Source: Psilocybe cubensis
Lineage: Eukaryota
Assembly (NCBI GenBank): GCA_017499595.2
Contig: CM039008.1
Location: 2,170,001-2,234,000 of the forward strand
Direction: 5' to 3'
Length of the DNA stretch: 64,000 nt
The notes under the pieces are model-generated. The model saw nothing but the letters and a program-made list of their open reading frames with translations, did no database searches and was not told where the DNA came from. Made by a program: the position numbers and the translations under genes. Of this stretch, positions 62,229 to 64,000 are shown in pieces. The number at the start of each line of letters is the position of its first letter. The stretch's first letter is position 1.

Positions 62229-64000
62229 TCATTGCGCCGCTTTGATTAAATCTGCTGCCCTCTCAGCAAGTAGATATACAGGTCCTTGTGTATGACAGCT
62301 CGGTGTAAATGGCTAGCAGTACCAAATAACCGAGAAACAATCAGCTATCCAAAACCAAAACCAAAAAAAAAAAAAAGGCAAACGACAACGTACAAACACA
62401 GACGCATCTACAATGCGCACACTGCCCCCCGCTCCCTTCAGCGTCAAATCCGGGTTAACCACACCCCACGTCGCACCGACAGGCGCCATCGCCGCCGTGC
62501 CAACCCCATGGAACGCGCTCAGAGCAACCGACCGGACGTATGCCTCGATAAGCGTGTCGTTTCCCGTCAGTGCAGCGGCGAACGTCTGCCCGAACGGAGC
62601 ACTTATGTACCCCGCCCACGCGGGCGCAGCAAGAAAGCGCTGTACACCGTGCACAGACTCGATCGCGGCAAGCTTGTCAAATTCTGCGGAGATGTATTGG
62701 GGGTCCACAAGTGGTGGTATAAGCGGGTTGGCACTTTGCAAAGCCACTGTTCCGCCTGTTTGGAGCGGGTGGATGGGATGGGTGAGCTGGTGATGAGTAC
62801 GGATAGGCCAGAGCGGAGTTGGTTTATTTATTACGTACGGGACTTTGGTGCGACTATGATTGTGACGACTGTAAGGAAATTTCCGGTGGGCGGTACTTCG
62901 ACGCCAGGCTGAAAAAATAAATTCTGATATTTACCATTCAATTGGATTCATTAATCACAAGTTTTAACATGCATGCATCAAACCACTCACGCTGAATATA
63001 ATCTCCCAGTGCGGAGAATTTGGGCCAGCCGCTGTATCAATTGCCATCTTGAAGATAGTAGAGTTATCCGGAATCTTGACAAACCCATAATTATTCGCAA
63101 CCGTATTCGCAAAGTCGCCCGTCTTATTCAACTTCCACTGGGCCATTGCGGCTGCCGCAGCACCACTTGTGTTTCTAAGTAGTGAGTCGAGGGTGTCGTT
63201 CGTGGTGACTTGGAAGATGTTTGGAATGAGGATGTGGTCGCTCAAGTTGGCCCCGACGGAGGGATTGTGGATGGTTGTGTCAATTTGGAGACGAGTTAGT
63301 GCGGTGCTGTCCCCGATCCCGGACAGCTGCAGGAGCTGGGATGTCCCAACTGTACCAGCTGATAAAATGATGCTTTTCATCGCAGTCACAGTATGCTTTG
63401 TGCCTAACCCACCAAACGCGAAAAAATTATAAGGGTTAATTTATCTCTATTAAACACTGGACGAATAAAAAATAATACAACACCGAGAGTAAGATTCCCG
63501 GGAGGCGGGGACTGGACAAACTGCAATTTTCCATATACCGGTTCGCCAGATGATGCGTTCATTCCAGTTTGGAGCAATACCACCGCGGTTGCATTGACGA
63601 GCACTACCAAATTCGGCCGGTCATTCGCACCGGCGAGATACGTACTCGACGAGCTGCTTCGAGTGCCGTCTCCTATACTGGACTGGATGAATCCGAGCCC
63701 AAGCATTGTGTGGTTCCCGCCGGCTGTGTCCTCGTTGAACGGGAATTCGGCCGATAATTGTTGTGTTGTGCTTAGAACGCGAGAGTCTATGGAGAGGTTA
63801 CTTCCTGGAAGGCTGATGGGTACTTCGCCGGCTGTTCCGTGGTCTGCAGTGACAATCTGGCCGGTGGTATCGTGGGCGTCTGCTGGTTGTACAATTTTAT
63901 CGTGCTATATTAATAGATTATGATATGATAACAGACCTATGACTCAGGAATGTCAAATAGACGATGGTGCACGGCTTACTTTGGCGATATATTGTCGGAT
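62229..64000 (-). CDS. GMC oxidoreductase (aryl-alcohol oxidase-like, AA3_2); the 5' part lies outside the window
   Basis: RSSSSSTYL, IILSAGTVGTSQLLQLSGIG, VGANLSDH, catalytic FHGVGTAAM, VRIVDASV and HTQGPVYLLAERAADLIK. Confidence 0.92.

Noticed and set aside
12468-64000. A complete secondary-metabolite gene cluster
   Set aside because: No PKS, NRPS, terpene synthase or other backbone gene is present, and the tailoring-type genes are interleaved with housekeeping genes.

Overview
Intron-rich fungal DNA; the gene style and families point to an agaricomycete mushroom, but the species cannot be determined here. Host genes in order: a very intron-dense OPT oligopeptide transporter, an intronless protein made only of the GTPBP1/2 N-terminal domain (no GTPase domain), two paralogous cytochrome P450s flanking a secreted lysophospholipase, UTP22/Nrap, PSF1 (GINS1), a conserved unknown protein, a secreted DUF1996 protein, three tandem family-1 UDP-glycosyltransferases, an AsaB/CmcJ-like oxygenase, a small secreted protein, ULA1/NAE1, a secreted Ser/Ala repeat protein and the 3' part of a GMC oxidoreductase. 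The highlight is an 11-kb, three-level nest of mobile DNA between UGT2 and UGT3. (1) An outer element (40075-51136) has Helentron/Helitron2-type asymmetric ends (subterminal inverted repeats, hairpins, no clear TSD) and two cargo genes, one possibly OB-fold-like and one with a nucleotidyltransferase-type motif. (2) A related element in the opposite orientation (42532-50153) splits the nucleotidyltransferase-like gene cleanly. (3) Inside that lies an AcademH-like DNA transposon (43799-49880) with a DUF6589-type transposase, a convergent RecQ-like helicase and hairpin-containing terminal inverted repeats. Exon boundaries and alignments were read by eye, and family names come from motif recognition, not database searches.
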